In this document: positions 18,667-27,957 of the stretch, in pieces
Position numbering within the stretch: the stretch's first letter is position 1
Layout of the letters: each line of letters opens with the position of its first letter
From: Acaryochloris thomasi RCC1774
GTDB taxonomy: Bacteria > Cyanobacteriota > Cyanobacteriia > Thermosynechococcales > Thermosynechococcaceae
Assembly (NCBI RefSeq): GCF_003231495.1
Contig: NZ_PQWO01000003.1
Span: 399,294 to 431,293 of the forward strand
Direction: 5' to 3'
Length of the DNA stretch: 32,000 bases
Position numbers and translations under genes: made by a program
The notes under the pieces: model-generated
Seen by the model: only the letters and a program-made list of their open reading frames with translations
Databases searched by the model: none
Told to the model about the DNA's origin: nothing

Positions 18667-19956
18667 ATGGTGATCTCAAAGCGTGGTCTTGTTCTAGGAG
18701 CCACTGCCCTTGTCGGTGCAAGCGTCGTGCTCACTGGAGCGGGCCTGCATTTTTCAAAAAGCTGGGCTCTCTTTAAAGAAAGCCCTAAAGAGATCGTTGA
18801 TGAAGTTTGGCAAGTCATCAATCATGACTACGTAGACGGCACCTTCAACGGAACCGACTGGCGCGCCGTGCGCAACAAATATCTAAAGCGGAACTATAGC
18901 TCTAACAAAGAAGCGTACGAAGCCGTCCGCGAAATGCTGGAGCCATTAGAAGATCCCTATACCCGCTTCCTCGATCCAGAGCAGTTTAAAAGCATGCAGA
19001 TCGATACCTCCGGTGAGTTAACTGGGGTCGGTATTCAGATCACCCAGGACGAGAAGAGCAAAGAAATTACCGTTATTTCTCCAATTGAGGGCAGCCCTGC
19101 ATCTCAGGTTGGAATTCTGCCTAAGGACGTGATTACGAAGGTCGATACAACCTCAACAGAGGGCCTAGATATCAACGAAGTCGTGGGCTTGATTCGAGGT
19201 CCAGTTGATTCAGAAGTGATGCTCACCGTTAAGCGGGGAGACGAGCAGCTGAGCTTTACCATCAAACGACAAAGAATCGAACTCCACGCCGTTGAGTCAG
19301 AGTATCGCCCCTCTGCTTCGGGTGGGATCGGGTATATTCGCCTGACTCAGTTCAGCAGCAACGCAGCCGCTGACATGCGGATCGCGATCAATAAACTCAA
19401 GAAGAAGGATGCCGCAGGCTATATCCTCGACCTGCGTCTCAATCCTGGTGGGCTTCTATACTCTAGTGCTGAGATTGCCCGGATGTGGATGGATAAAGGC
19501 ACTATTGTGTCCACTGTTAACCGCCGAGGTGAAGTTGATCGGCTCACAGCTGGGCGCGGCAAGCTCACCGACAAACCGATGGTGATCTTAGTCGATGGTG
19601 GCTCCGCCAGCGCTAGCGAAATTCTAGCCGGAGCTTTACAGGACAACAATCGTGCAGTGCTTGTGGGCGACAAAACCTTCGGGAAAGGGCTTGTGCAGTC
19701 CGTCCATCCACTAGAGGATGGCTCAGGCTTAGCCGTTACCATCGCTAAGTACCTCACCCCCAGCGGGCGAGACATTAACAAGAAGGGGATTGAGCCTGAC
19801 TACACCGTCAAGCTCTCTGAAGAACAGCTTGAGGAGCGGACTCGAGAGAAGTTCGCAACCTCGGCGGACCCTCAGTACGTTAAAGCCCTAGATATCTTGC
19901 TAGAGAAAATTGTAGCGAAGGATTCAACACAGCTACAGTCGGCTGCGACTGATTAA
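18667..19956 (+). CDS. Carboxyl-terminal processing protease (S41 family, Ctp)
   Basis: It has a signal-anchor N-terminus and a PDZ-like segment (ELTGVGIQI...VISPIEGSPASQVGILPKDVI). The catalytic region is VDGGSASASEILAGALQDNNRAVLVGDKTFGKGLVQS (Ser/Lys dyad). Confidence 0.9.
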   Translation: MVISKRGLVLGATALVGASVVLTGAGLHFSKSWALFKESPKEIVDEVWQVINHDYVDGTFNGTDWRAVRNKYLKRNYSSNKEAYEAVREMLEPLEDPYTRFLDPEQFKSMQIDTSGELTGVGIQITQDEKSKEITVISPIEGSPASQVGILPKDVITKVDTTSTEGLDINEVVGLIRGPVDSEVMLTVKRGDEQLSFTIKRQRIELHAVESEYRPSASGGIGYIRLTQFSSNAAADMRIAINKLKKKDAAGYILDLRLNPGGLLYSSAEIARMWMDKGTIVSTVNRRGEVDRLTAGRGKLTDKPMVILVDGGSASASEILAGALQDNNRAVLVGDKTFGKGLVQSVHPLEDGSGLAVTIAKYLTPSGRDINKKGIEPDYTVKLSEEQLEERTREKFATSADPQYVKALDILLEKIVAKDSTQLQSAATD

Positions 19957-19973
19957 GCTGTACATCCATCTCT

Positions 19974-20012
19974 TAGGGCTGCAGGGTTATAACCTTCAGC
20001 CCTAGCTGTTTT
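19974..20012 (+). terminator. Probable intrinsic terminator after the ctp gene
   Basis: The hairpin TAGGGCTG(cagggttataaccttc)CAGCCCTA spans 19974-20004, with additional inner pairing. A TTTT run follows at 20009-20012. Confidence 0.45.
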
Positions 20013-20095
20013 CGGGACCATCATTACAATCAACTTGATTGAGAGAAACCAGCCTTTCAAGGTAGGATTGGCAAGACGTAAAGAATTGTTGAATC

Positions 20096-20548
20096 ATGGT
20101 TGAGCGACCCATCAAGAGATCTGAGCGCGCCGAGCGTGGCGACGAAGCCAAGCGCGATGATCGCAGTAAGGGAAAAAAAGGGGGTCGCGGTAAAGGTCGA
20201 GGAGATCGTGAGGAACGCAAGCCTAAAATTTCTCCTGCGTTGATGCGTGGCCCCAAACCCAGTGCAAAGTCAGCCGAGCCGGAACCAGAATCGGTGGAGC
20301 CAACGGTAACGGATGCCGTTGTCGAAGAAAATCCAGAAACAGCTTCAGAAGCCCCGGCTGCGGCAGAGTCTTCATCGGAGGAAGCGACGGCAGCGCCCAC
20401 TGCAGAGGCAGCAAAGGACGCGACGACTGCTGTAGAAGAAAGTCCAGAAACAGCTTCAGAAAATCCAGCGACAGCAGAATCTTCGTCTGATACGACAGAG
20501 ACAGATCCCGCCGCAGAGGCAGCAGAGCCGGTTGCAGAAGACGTTTAG
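20096..20548 (+). CDS. Highly charged low-complexity protein: basic N-terminus and acidic A/E/S/T-rich tail with an internal duplication
   Basis: The 150-aa ORF reads MVERPIKRSERAERGDEAKRDDRSKGKKGGRGKGRGDREERKPK, then VEENPETASEAPAAAESSS ... VEESPETASENPATAESSS. The strand choice is uncertain because the mirror ORFs on the minus strand are equally open. Confidence 0.45.
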   Translation: MVERPIKRSERAERGDEAKRDDRSKGKKGGRGKGRGDREERKPKISPALMRGPKPSAKSAEPEPESVEPTVTDAVVEENPETASEAPAAAESSSEEATAAPTAEAAKDATTAVEESPETASENPATAESSSDTTETDPAAEAAEPVAEDV

Positions 20549-20600
20549 CCCTCAATTAGGATGGACAAACTGCGCTAATTTTGTCATCTCTCATGCCTAG

Positions 20601-22574
20601 TTAAGAACAAGGCTCAAATGACAATAAGTGCCACTGTGCTTTCAAATCGACTTTCATCCGTTGGCGAGGGCGACCCAATGATTGCCCCGTCAGCCCATCA
20701 GTGGCACAAATCGTTTGATTTGAATATCCAAGCTGTTGCCAATCTATCTCGATGGAGACCGGTTGACTTCTCGTGCTAGGCAGACTTTTAATCCCCTGGG
20801 TACTTAGGGGATGGGCGAGGGTCTGCGTTTGTACCTGTGAAAAAGATGGCGAGATAATCGACAGCAATGTTTTTTGCTTTTTGGGAGCAGACCAGAGAAC
20901 AGCCTGATAACCCTCGGGTAATGCTTCAATCTTGACCGGCGTCATCGCAGGATCTTTAAATACAGGGGTTAAGGCTTTACGATAGCGCCGTGTCCGGTTA
21001 AATGCGGGTGGTGCCTCAATAGACAATAGTTTGACGTTGTGGCGATCGATATTTTTTTGCTGCTGCTCAGACAGTTCACTCACCGTGGGCGAAATAATGT
21101 GTTGGTACACTGAGAGATCTCCCTCTGCCAAAATGCGATCATCAATAACGGCGGTGGGGATTTGCTTGTCTAGCAGTAGCTCAAAGACCTCAGTGACGGG
21201 ACCAGCGACGTCGATCCATCGCTTCCGGAGGCTGCGTTTGTTGCGTGACGTCTCACTGAAGTGAACCGCAACACGGCGAACAGGAGCTGCGCCTTCAAAC
21301 AAAGGCCCCAATTGTTGATCGAGGGCAAATATTTTCTCTAGAACATCGCGGGGAGTTGCGCCTCGTCGATTAACGGCTGCGGTGATGTTGAGTTCATCGA
21401 CATCTACATTAGCGACGCCCCCATGCGTGACGACAGCACCAACGGCACTGAAGAGCTGTTCATAGGTGGGGACACCATTGATCCACACGTGGGGAGAGGC
21501 CCCTGAAATAGTTCGCAGTAGATTCCAGCCCAGGGCCATTTGCACCGCATCTGAGGGTTTGTTGAGCAACAGATCGGGATGGTTGCGAAAGAGTCTGAGG
21601 TTGATGCCGTGGCGCGTGGCAACATGATATTCAGTTTTCGGTATTCCTGCCCGTGCCAGATCCGCCGTCATTTCTGGATTCACCAAGGTCGGTAGTGAGG
21701 TAGTGCTGACAATAAAGGCAAAGTTAGGGTCATTGCGGAATTGCTCTGACCACTCGTTCATCACCTTTGCCATCGCCTTTGCTTGGAACTGCTTGAGTGC
21801 CTCTTGGTACGTGGGAAAGGTTCGTTTTCTACGGGCGAGTCTGGGATTGGCCTGACGAAAGCTCGATTCAAGGGCGGTTCCGTAACAGCCCTCTGGCGGA
21901 TAGTGGCGAAAGTCAAGGTAAACCCCATCAGCACCATAGCGCTGCAGCTCTTGCAGCCGTTGGGCGACGACATCACCAAAGGGGCTAGAAATATCTAGGT
22001 ACTGCCCTTTTGCCTTATGTCCGGCGGGGGCACCATTGACGGTTTTGCATCCCCATTCGGGATTCAGCTTGAACATCCGCGTGTCGGAGACGTCCCAGTA
22101 GTAGGCTAAGAATTTTCGACCCGCAGCATGGGCCTCTGTAACCATCGGCTGTACTTGATTTTTGACCTGCCTTAGCTGAGGTCGGCCCTGAGCGTCAACG
22201 GGGACTGCGCTGGGCCAAATGGGATCTTCATCCTGGGTTTTTATATGTCGAGTAAAGGCCGGGGCACCTAGTTTTTTGAAGCCTGCGCCAGCCTTTCTAT
22301 AGGCCTCCAGCCAAGTCTGGATACGTGGAGGATAGGCGGGTTTACCTTTCTGCGCCCGCCGCTGAGCATTTTTCTTATATCTTGCGTAAGCAAGAGGCGA
22401 AATCCGACTGTGGGCATGAATGCGATGCGCTTCATACCAATCAGGAACGGCTGCCCCCCGAAAAGGAATCGATTCGACGGGAGCGCATGCGATCGCAGGA
22501 CTTACCAGAACCCCAAAGCCAATTGCTAGGGATAGCTTAGTGGTCGGTAAAGACTTTAGTCGGTTTTGACGCAT
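20601..22574 (-). CDS. Secreted or lipid-anchored glycoside-hydrolase-like TIM-barrel protein (function tentative)
   Basis: The N-terminal signal sequence ends AIAC, a possible lipobox. The block KGQYLDISSPFGDVVAQRLQELQRYGADGVYLDFRHYPPEGCYG resembles GHL/GH42-type barrels. The C-terminal part resembles a GH42 middle-domain arrangement. The family call is from memory only. Confidence 0.5.
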   Translation of the reverse strand: MRQNRLKSLPTTKLSLAIGFGVLVSPAIACAPVESIPFRGAAVPDWYEAHRIHAHSRISPLAYARYKKNAQRRAQKGKPAYPPRIQTWLEAYRKAGAGFKKLGAPAFTRHIKTQDEDPIWPSAVPVDAQGRPQLRQVKNQVQPMVTEAHAAGRKFLAYYWDVSDTRMFKLNPEWGCKTVNGAPAGHKAKGQYLDISSPFGDVVAQRLQELQRYGADGVYLDFRHYPPEGCYGTALESSFRQANPRLARRKRTFPTYQEALKQFQAKAMAKVMNEWSEQFRNDPNFAFIVSTTSLPTLVNPEMTADLARAGIPKTEYHVATRHGINLRLFRNHPDLLLNKPSDAVQMALGWNLLRTISGASPHVWINGVPTYEQLFSAVGAVVTHGGVANVDVDELNITAAVNRRGATPRDVLEKIFALDQQLGPLFEGAAPVRRVAVHFSETSRNKRSLRKRWIDVAGPVTEVFELLLDKQIPTAVIDDRILAEGDLSVYQHIISPTVSELSEQQQKNIDRHNVKLLSIEAPPAFNRTRRYRKALTPVFKDPAMTPVKIEALPEGYQAVLWSAPKKQKTLLSIISPSFSQVQTQTLAHPLSTQGIKSLPSTRSQPVSIEIDWQQLGYSNQTICATDGLTGQSLGRPRQRMKVDLKAQWHLLSFEPCS

Positions 22575-22705
22575 TGCTGAGGTTCACAGTCCTTCGTATC
22601 GGCACATCCAGAAATCATAGGACATAATCCTCTGCGAAGGATGAACGCTCAGCTTAAGCCCCCACTCACGGTGCCGACGTTACTCAGTAAGGGCGACAGA
22701 TCCGG

Positions 22706-23608
22706 TCAACGCTCAATGGAGTAATGGGCTTTGATGCTCATGGCCTGACCGGGCAAGACGTTAACGATATCTTGGGCAGCGTTGGCGGTCTCCACACAGA
22801 GCAAACGTTGATAGTCGGTGTCTTCTAAGTCACCCATGCTGGCGGAGTTCTCGACCCAAGGGTTCCAAACAACGGCGGTTTTGCTGCCTTCAGAGGTGAT
22901 GTTGATGCGGCGATCTAGGGCTGCATCGTCGATGATTAGCTTGGCAGGAGGTTCGGTATAGATGCGATCGCATTCTTCAGAGAACTCCACCACACCCTGC
23001 TGTGTTTTCTGCTGCCCACCGTCAACTTTATCGATATAATCGGAGCCGTTTAAGCCCAACACCTGCACCCGGTTGATATCGCCAATCTTGAAATAGGTAT
23101 GGAGAGCCTGAGAGATTGAAAATTCCTGACTGCCGGTATTTTGAGTTTTCAGCTCTATCGACAGCGTCTCACCCACCGTGTAGGTGATCGAAAGTTCAAA
23201 GGTCTGTGGCCAAATTTCTGTCGTCTCTGGCGTATTGACGACTCCGAGAGTGACTGCGGTGGCCCCATCTTCAGTCGTATGAGTGCCCATCACGGTCCAC
23301 AGTCGATTGCGAACAAATCCATGGCTGGCACGCCCTAATCCCTCTGGATCGGGACCAAACCAAGGCCAGCAGATGGGGGTCCCCCCCTTAATGGCTTTGC
23401 CCTGCTGATAATAGGCTCTTGTGCTGAGGAATAGAAGATCTTCGGGCTCATTAGCGGGCTGATAGGACAGAATTTGGCCGCCGTACACGGAGATTAAGGC
23501 TTTTGCTTTTCCATTACTGATCTCAACGTTGGGGAAACCTCCTTTGCCGTCAATGAACTGGAGCTGATCTGCAATGCCGTACTGGGTGTTGAGTTGCTCA
23601 GTCTTCAT
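22706..23608 (-). CDS. D-hexose-6-phosphate mutarotase (glucose-6-phosphate 1-epimerase, aldose-1-epimerase family)
   Basis: From the ATG at 23608 it reads MKTEQLNTQYGIADQLQFIDGKGGFPNVEI. GGTPICWPWFGP and SHGFVRNRLW are YeaD-type motifs. The upstream 59-codon extension in the track overlaps ltrA and is rejected. Confidence 0.85.
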   Translation of the reverse strand: MKTEQLNTQYGIADQLQFIDGKGGFPNVEISNGKAKALISVYGGQILSYQPANEPEDLLFLSTRAYYQQGKAIKGGTPICWPWFGPDPEGLGRASHGFVRNRLWTVMGTHTTEDGATAVTLGVVNTPETTEIWPQTFELSITYTVGETLSIELKTQNTGSQEFSISQALHTYFKIGDINRVQVLGLNGSDYIDKVDGGQQKTQQGVVEFSEECDRIYTEPPAKLIIDDAALDRRINITSEGSKTAVVWNPWVENSASMGDLEDTDYQRLLCVETANAAQDIVNVLPGQAMSIKAHYSIER

Positions 23609-23634
23609 ATTCTTTGTTGATAGTGCCAATATCT

Positions 23635-23751
23635 TTACAGTAACTTGGCATTGATCAAATACTTGGCTAGGTGGTACTCGGTACCGTAGTGGGTCATGAA
23701 TGTTTTGAGGAGATCTTGGATGCGATCGCGCCGTAGTACAGCCGTTTTCAT
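23635..23751 (-). pseudogene. Truncated 5' remnant of an MNT-type nucleotidyltransferase (antitoxin) gene
   Basis: The minus strand reads MKTAVLRRDRIQDLLKTFMTHYGTEYHLAK. It is colinear with the N-terminus of the intact MNT gene at 29288 (MNKAVLQRDLLQERLKTFMTQHGTEYHLHK). Similarity is lost after about 23668, and a stop follows at 23635-23637. Its ATG overlaps the ltrA stop (ATGA at 23748-23751). Confidence 0.6.
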
Positions 23752-24902
23752 ACCTTGCAGGTTGTGTAGTTCCTGACCAATACACAAAGCACCATTAGTG
23801 TAGCAACCCCTTCCAGCGACAGCAGCAACGGCACAATCAGAATCAATCCAGCAAAGACCGGGAGTATGTATTGTGCTGCACCACTAAAGGTGAACCGATC
23901 ACGCACAAGCCACAAGCCCACTAGGTAAAGCGCCACCGGAATGGCTACAGCATAATGACCAGCGAGTACACCGACCTTCGCATGATCTGTTACCACATCA
24001 ACTAGCACAGCAAAGCCTGCACCAACCGCTGCACCGGACGCAAAAATGAGAATATGTCCATATCCCCAAGTCAGCGCCCTCGACAGCTCGTTTGTTGCTA
24101 AATGTTCTTCTGGTGAAAAATATAGCCACCACATCGAGAACACAATCACTAGCGCTACCAACGCGATAGAGACTAACTGACCGTCAAAACCATCAGAGAC
24201 CTGCTCAAGTGCCATTGAACTAGACAGCAGTGTTTCACCGAGAACAATGATGATCAGCAGGCCATACCGTTCGACAATGTGATGCCGATGCCATGACGTG
24301 CTGCCATTGCGCTCGGCAAGGGCAGGGACCGTCAGCTCTAGGATGGTTCCCAACGCAAACAGAATATAGAACAAAACCCTTGGTAGGGGCTGACTCAATA
24401 GCAGAACGACCCAATACACCTGTGCCAGTGTGATTCCACCTGCGTACCATAGTGCAGTTCTCCGAGATGCTGGGTCGGATCGAGCTGCTCGAAGCCAAAG
24501 CACGACTAGGGCAAGACGCATAATCACATACCCAATCACCACTAGGGTCAGGTTAGTTGATTCAAAGAACAGATGAATGCCAGCCGCCATCGTCAATGCG
24601 CCGCCCATGAGCACCATCGTTAACAAACGAAACAGGGCATCGTCGTTATCGTATGCAGAGGCAAACCAGGTGTAGTTCATCCAGGCCCACCAGATGCCAA
24701 AAAAGGCTGCTGCGAACCGGAGAGTGCCATCGACGAAATGCCCCTCGGCAATGGCATGATGCAGCCCGGTCGCTGCCGCTGCGATCGCAATGACGGTCAC
24801 CAAGTCGAATAGCAACTCCAACGGCGTCGCTGCCCGGTGCGCTTCGTTCACATCGCGCGGTCTCATGGGACGGAAGCAGCCTGAAGCGAGTTTGCGAATC
24901 AT
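23748..24902 (-). CDS. ltrA: Low-temperature-requirement A (LtrA) family membrane protein
   Basis: RDVNEAHRAATPLELLFDLVTVIAIAAAA is the LtrA N-terminal signature. About 10 TM helices are present. The ATG at 24902 is preferred, because the longer track ORF runs through the SDR fragment. Confidence 0.85.
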   Translation of the reverse strand: MIRKLASGCFRPMRPRDVNEAHRAATPLELLFDLVTVIAIAAAATGLHHAIAEGHFVDGTLRFAAAFFGIWWAWMNYTWFASAYDNDDALFRLLTMVLMGGALTMAAGIHLFFESTNLTLVVIGYVIMRLALVVLWLRAARSDPASRRTALWYAGGITLAQVYWVVLLLSQPLPRVLFYILFALGTILELTVPALAERNGSTSWHRHHIVERYGLLIIIVLGETLLSSSMALEQVSDGFDGQLVSIALVALVIVFSMWWLYFSPEEHLATNELSRALTWGYGHILIFASGAAVGAGFAVLVDVVTDHAKVGVLAGHYAVAIPVALYLVGLWLVRDRFTFSGAAQYILPVFAGLILIVPLLLSLEGVATLMVLCVLVRNYTTCKV

Positions 24903-24954
24903 AGTATTAACAATCAGATGTCTTTTTAGTCGAGTACGTTCGCTGATTCGATTC

Positions 24955-25125
24955 TCAACGGGTCGTATAGCCGCCGTTGGCGAAGAACACTTGGCTAGTA
25001 ATCCACCAACCCTCAGGTGCGAAGAACCTGATGATAGGGACAATATCTTCAACTTGAGTCAGTTGGTTACCCGCTGCTTGAGACTTGTGGAACGCAACCC
25101 ATTCTAGTGTTTCCTATCCGTACTA
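24955..25125 (-). pseudogene. Orphan 3' fragment of a second SDR gene, paralogous to 25725..26480
   Basis: The minus strand reads YG*ETLEWVAFHKSQAAGNQLTQVEDIVPIIRFFAPEGWWITSQVFFANGGYTTR*. The intact gene reads YGQETPERTEFHKSQAMGNQLTKIEDIVPIIRFLATEGWWITGQTIFANGGYTTR*. An in-frame TAG lies at 25114-25116, and no upstream 5' part exists. Confidence 0.8.
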
Positions 25126-25169
25126 AGTTCAAGCGATCCATGCCAACAATATTTTCTGGCGAAAGTGCT

Positions 25170-25628
25170 TCAATACCGCATACGCCAGTTGATAATGCGC
25201 CCATTTTCAACTGTCAGTAGGAAGTTGGCCTCGCTCGCGTAGCCTATACTGCGATACTGGCCGGTCACGACCACTTCGTTGCCGTTGACAGCGAGCTGCG
25301 CGTTCTCAACTCGACCTTGGCGCTCAATGATGTCGCTATCAAGCCAACGAAAAAATGCCTCTCCCGACTTCGCAGCCCCATCCCCATATGCCTGTGAGGC
25401 GTTGGCATCGAACAGCGAACGTATCCGTTCCGCGTCGTTCGTTTGCATGGCATCGACCAGTGCGCTGACAACGGCCCTAGGCTTAGATAATTCGCTGCCC
25501 CCCTCCCTAGGCTCAGACGATTCGCTGACAGTTTCCCTAGACTGGGGCAATGGTGTCTGGACACTCTCGCAGGCTTGGACAGCACTCATATTTACAATAG
25601 CCAAGGCAATCAAGATTCTGTTATGCAT
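25170..25628 (-). CDS. NTF2/SnoaL-like fold lipoprotein
   Basis: The signal peptide has a lipobox-like SAVQAC. A short 10-aa duplication is present (SESSEPREGG/SELSKPRAVV). The C-terminal ~100 aa resemble the SnoaL/ketosteroid-isomerase-like pattern (ALVDAMQTNDAERIRSLF...VVVTGQY...FLLTVENGRIINWRMRY). Confidence 0.6.
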   Translation of the reverse strand: MHNRILIALAIVNMSAVQACESVQTPLPQSRETVSESSEPREGGSELSKPRAVVSALVDAMQTNDAERIRSLFDANASQAYGDGAAKSGEAFFRWLDSDIIERQGRVENAQLAVNGNEVVVTGQYRSIGYASEANFLLTVENGRIINWRMRY

Positions 25629-25724
25629 AAAGCCTCCACAGTCAAAGAAGAATCGACAGATGCCACTTGTCTCCGCGACTAAAAACGGTCAAGCAGCATC
25701 CAAGCTAGCGAGTCAAGTACTTAC

Positions 25725-26480
25725 CTACCGAGTGGTGTAACCGCCATTGGCGAAAATTGTTTGCCCAGTAATCCACCAACCCTCAGTTGCTAGGAACCTG
25801 ATGATAGGGACAATATCTTCAATTTTAGTCAGTTGATTGCCCATTGCTTGGGACTTGTGGAACTCTGTGCGCTCGGGTGTTTCCTGTCCATAGAAGAAGG
25901 GGGTGTCCATGGGTCCAGGGCCAATAGCGGTGACGGAGATGCCACGGGAGGCAAACTCCTTAGCCGCTGCACGAGTGAAGTGTTCTACGGGGGCTTTACC
26001 GCCCGCATAGGTTGAGTAACCGTCAGTAAATGCAGCCTGTAGCGATGTCACGATGGTAATAATCTTGCCGTTGTCATTGAGATGTTTACCTGCCTCTTTA
26101 ATGAAAAAGTAGGCTGTTTTTGCGTTGATATCGAACATTGAATCAAATTCAGCTTCAGTCGTCTCGACAATTGGCTTGCGCAGCACTTTACCGACGGTAT
26201 TTACAGCCACATCTACTCTGCCAAATCGATCTTTAGCCTGCTCGAACAAAGTAGTGACATTCTCTGGCTTCGTCAGGTCGCTCTGGATCGAAAATGCTTC
26301 TCGGCCCAATTTTTGAACGGCCTGCACGGTCGATTCAGCCTCCTGCTGGGAGGATTGGCTGTGGTAGTGAACAACTACATTGGCTCCTTTACCGGCAAAC
26401 TCTCGACTAATCAGTCCACCTAGATTCTTGGCACCCCCGGCAACCAGCACAACCTTATCAGTCAAATCATAATTAGGCAT
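25725..26480 (-). CDS. SDR family NAD(P)-dependent oxidoreductase
   Basis: VLVAGGAKNLGGLI is a cofactor-binding glycine motif. The catalytic YAGGK fits YxxxK, and PGPMDTPF follows. It is divergently paired with a LysR regulator. Confidence 0.9.
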   Translation of the reverse strand: MPNYDLTDKVVLVAGGAKNLGGLISREFAGKGANVVVHYHSQSSQQEAESTVQAVQKLGREAFSIQSDLTKPENVTTLFEQAKDRFGRVDVAVNTVGKVLRKPIVETTEAEFDSMFDINAKTAYFFIKEAGKHLNDNGKIITIVTSLQAAFTDGYSTYAGGKAPVEHFTRAAAKEFASRGISVTAIGPGPMDTPFFYGQETPERTEFHKSQAMGNQLTKIEDIVPIIRFLATEGWWITGQTIFANGGYTTR

Positions 26481-26627
26481 AGCTAACTCCTAGATAATTG
26501 AAAATTTTACGCAGCGATCGCTTGCTTCATTGAGTGCAATTCTGCTTGCTCGATCACTGTAGCTAATTGACAAAAGTATGGGTAGTAGAAAAAATTGCAA
26601 TCATAACTTGCGTTGAGAGCAATAAAC

Positions 26628-27512
26628 ATGCACAGCCTCCAGCAGCTATTTATCCAGGTTGTTGAAGCAGGCAGCTTCAAGAAGGCCGCCGAACAGATGC
26701 ACATGGAGCCATCATCTCTAAGCCGTAAGATAGCGGCACTTGAGAAGCACTTACATGTGAAATTGCTGCATCGTTCAACACGTCACACCCGTCCAACCGA
26801 GCTTGGCCAGCAATACTACGAAGGCCTGCGTCGGTTACTCGATGATGAAATAGCTCTGGAAGATGAGATAACCAGTGGTGTCAAGAGACTCAAGGGAACG
26901 CTCAGAGTTAGCGCACCCGTTGACTTTGGCGCTGAATTCGTTGTACCAGTTGTCCATGAGATACTGAAAAGTGCACCTGAGCTGTCCGTGGAATTATTGC
27001 TCGGTAGCCATTTCATCAACTTGGTTGAGCAAAATATTGATGTTGCAGTCCGGATCGGAGAAGCGTCGAAATCTAACTTGCTTGCCAAGAAAATTGGTGA
27101 AGTTTCCAGGGTTCTTGTAGCCAGTCACGACTATTTAAAGCGCTACGGTACGCCGAATACACCTGACGATTTAGTCAATCACAACTTCATTCTATACTCG
27201 CCAATTCAGGCTAGAAGTGATATCGAGTTTGCTGATGGTAATAAATATCCCTATTCAAAAATACGAAGCAACATCACCGTCAATAGCGTGAATGCAATTC
27301 GAACTTTAGTTAAAGATGGATTGGGCATTCATTTAGGGCCAGCTTGGGTATTTAAAGAGGCCTTGGAAAATGGAGATGTTTACAAAGTTCTATCAAAGTA
27401 CAATTTAAAAAGCTTTCCTATTCATGCTGTCTATTCAGCCCGAGCATATCTACCTAAAAAAACAGAAGAGTTTATCCAACAGCTATCAAGGTACATAGAA
27501 CGTAGTATTTAA
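26628..27512 (+). CDS. LysR family transcriptional regulator
   Basis: The N-terminal wHTH reads LQQLFIQVVEAGSFKKAAEQMHMEPSSLSRKIAALEKHLHVKLLHRSTR. A LysR substrate-binding domain follows. The ATG at 26628 is preferred over the TTG at 26613. Confidence 0.9.
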   Translation: MHSLQQLFIQVVEAGSFKKAAEQMHMEPSSLSRKIAALEKHLHVKLLHRSTRHTRPTELGQQYYEGLRRLLDDEIALEDEITSGVKRLKGTLRVSAPVDFGAEFVVPVVHEILKSAPELSVELLLGSHFINLVEQNIDVAVRIGEASKSNLLAKKIGEVSRVLVASHDYLKRYGTPNTPDDLVNHNFILYSPIQARSDIEFADGNKYPYSKIRSNITVNSVNAIRTLVKDGLGIHLGPAWVFKEALENGDVYKVLSKYNLKSFPIHAVYSARAYLPKKTEEFIQQLSRYIERSI

Positions 27513-27671
27513 ATCACTAATTAGAAGAGAGAATCTTGCTACTCCGTTTTACCAAGAGTTTGCATTATCATGGTTAGCAACTAACTCTAAGCAGGTCCGG
27601 ACAACCTAGAACCAATCCGTTCATGAGAGTGTCTTCATCGCGTGGGTTGCTTGTATATCTAAAATACTGCG

Positions 27672-27956
27672 ATGGTCTCCGGCCCGCCTCCAGAGGACAA
27701 CTACATAAACAGCCATCGCAACTCTAAAGATCGCTACCTAAGCAACGCCGCGAGAGAAAAAACGGATGTCCTGGTTCCGGTCGATCTTTGGGACTCTCTT
27801 CTAGCCCTGCTGCCAACACATAGTGGTCTCGACCCCATAGATGAGTTAGAACCCAACAATCAAACCCTGGTTGACCTCAAGGCTGCTACCTAGGAAGCTC
27901 AAGCCGGTCAAACCGTCCCGATGCCTGAACTGTGGCACGATCTCAATCAGAACTAG
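27672..27956 (+). pseudogene. Putative antitoxin gene interrupted by an in-frame TAG
   Basis: The ORF stops at the TAG at 27891-27893. The same frame continues as EAQAGQTVPMPELWHDLNQN to the TAG at 27954-27956, 1 nt before the toxin ATG. This is typical TA operon geometry. No antitoxin family recognised. Confidence 0.45.
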
Positions 27957-27957
27957 C

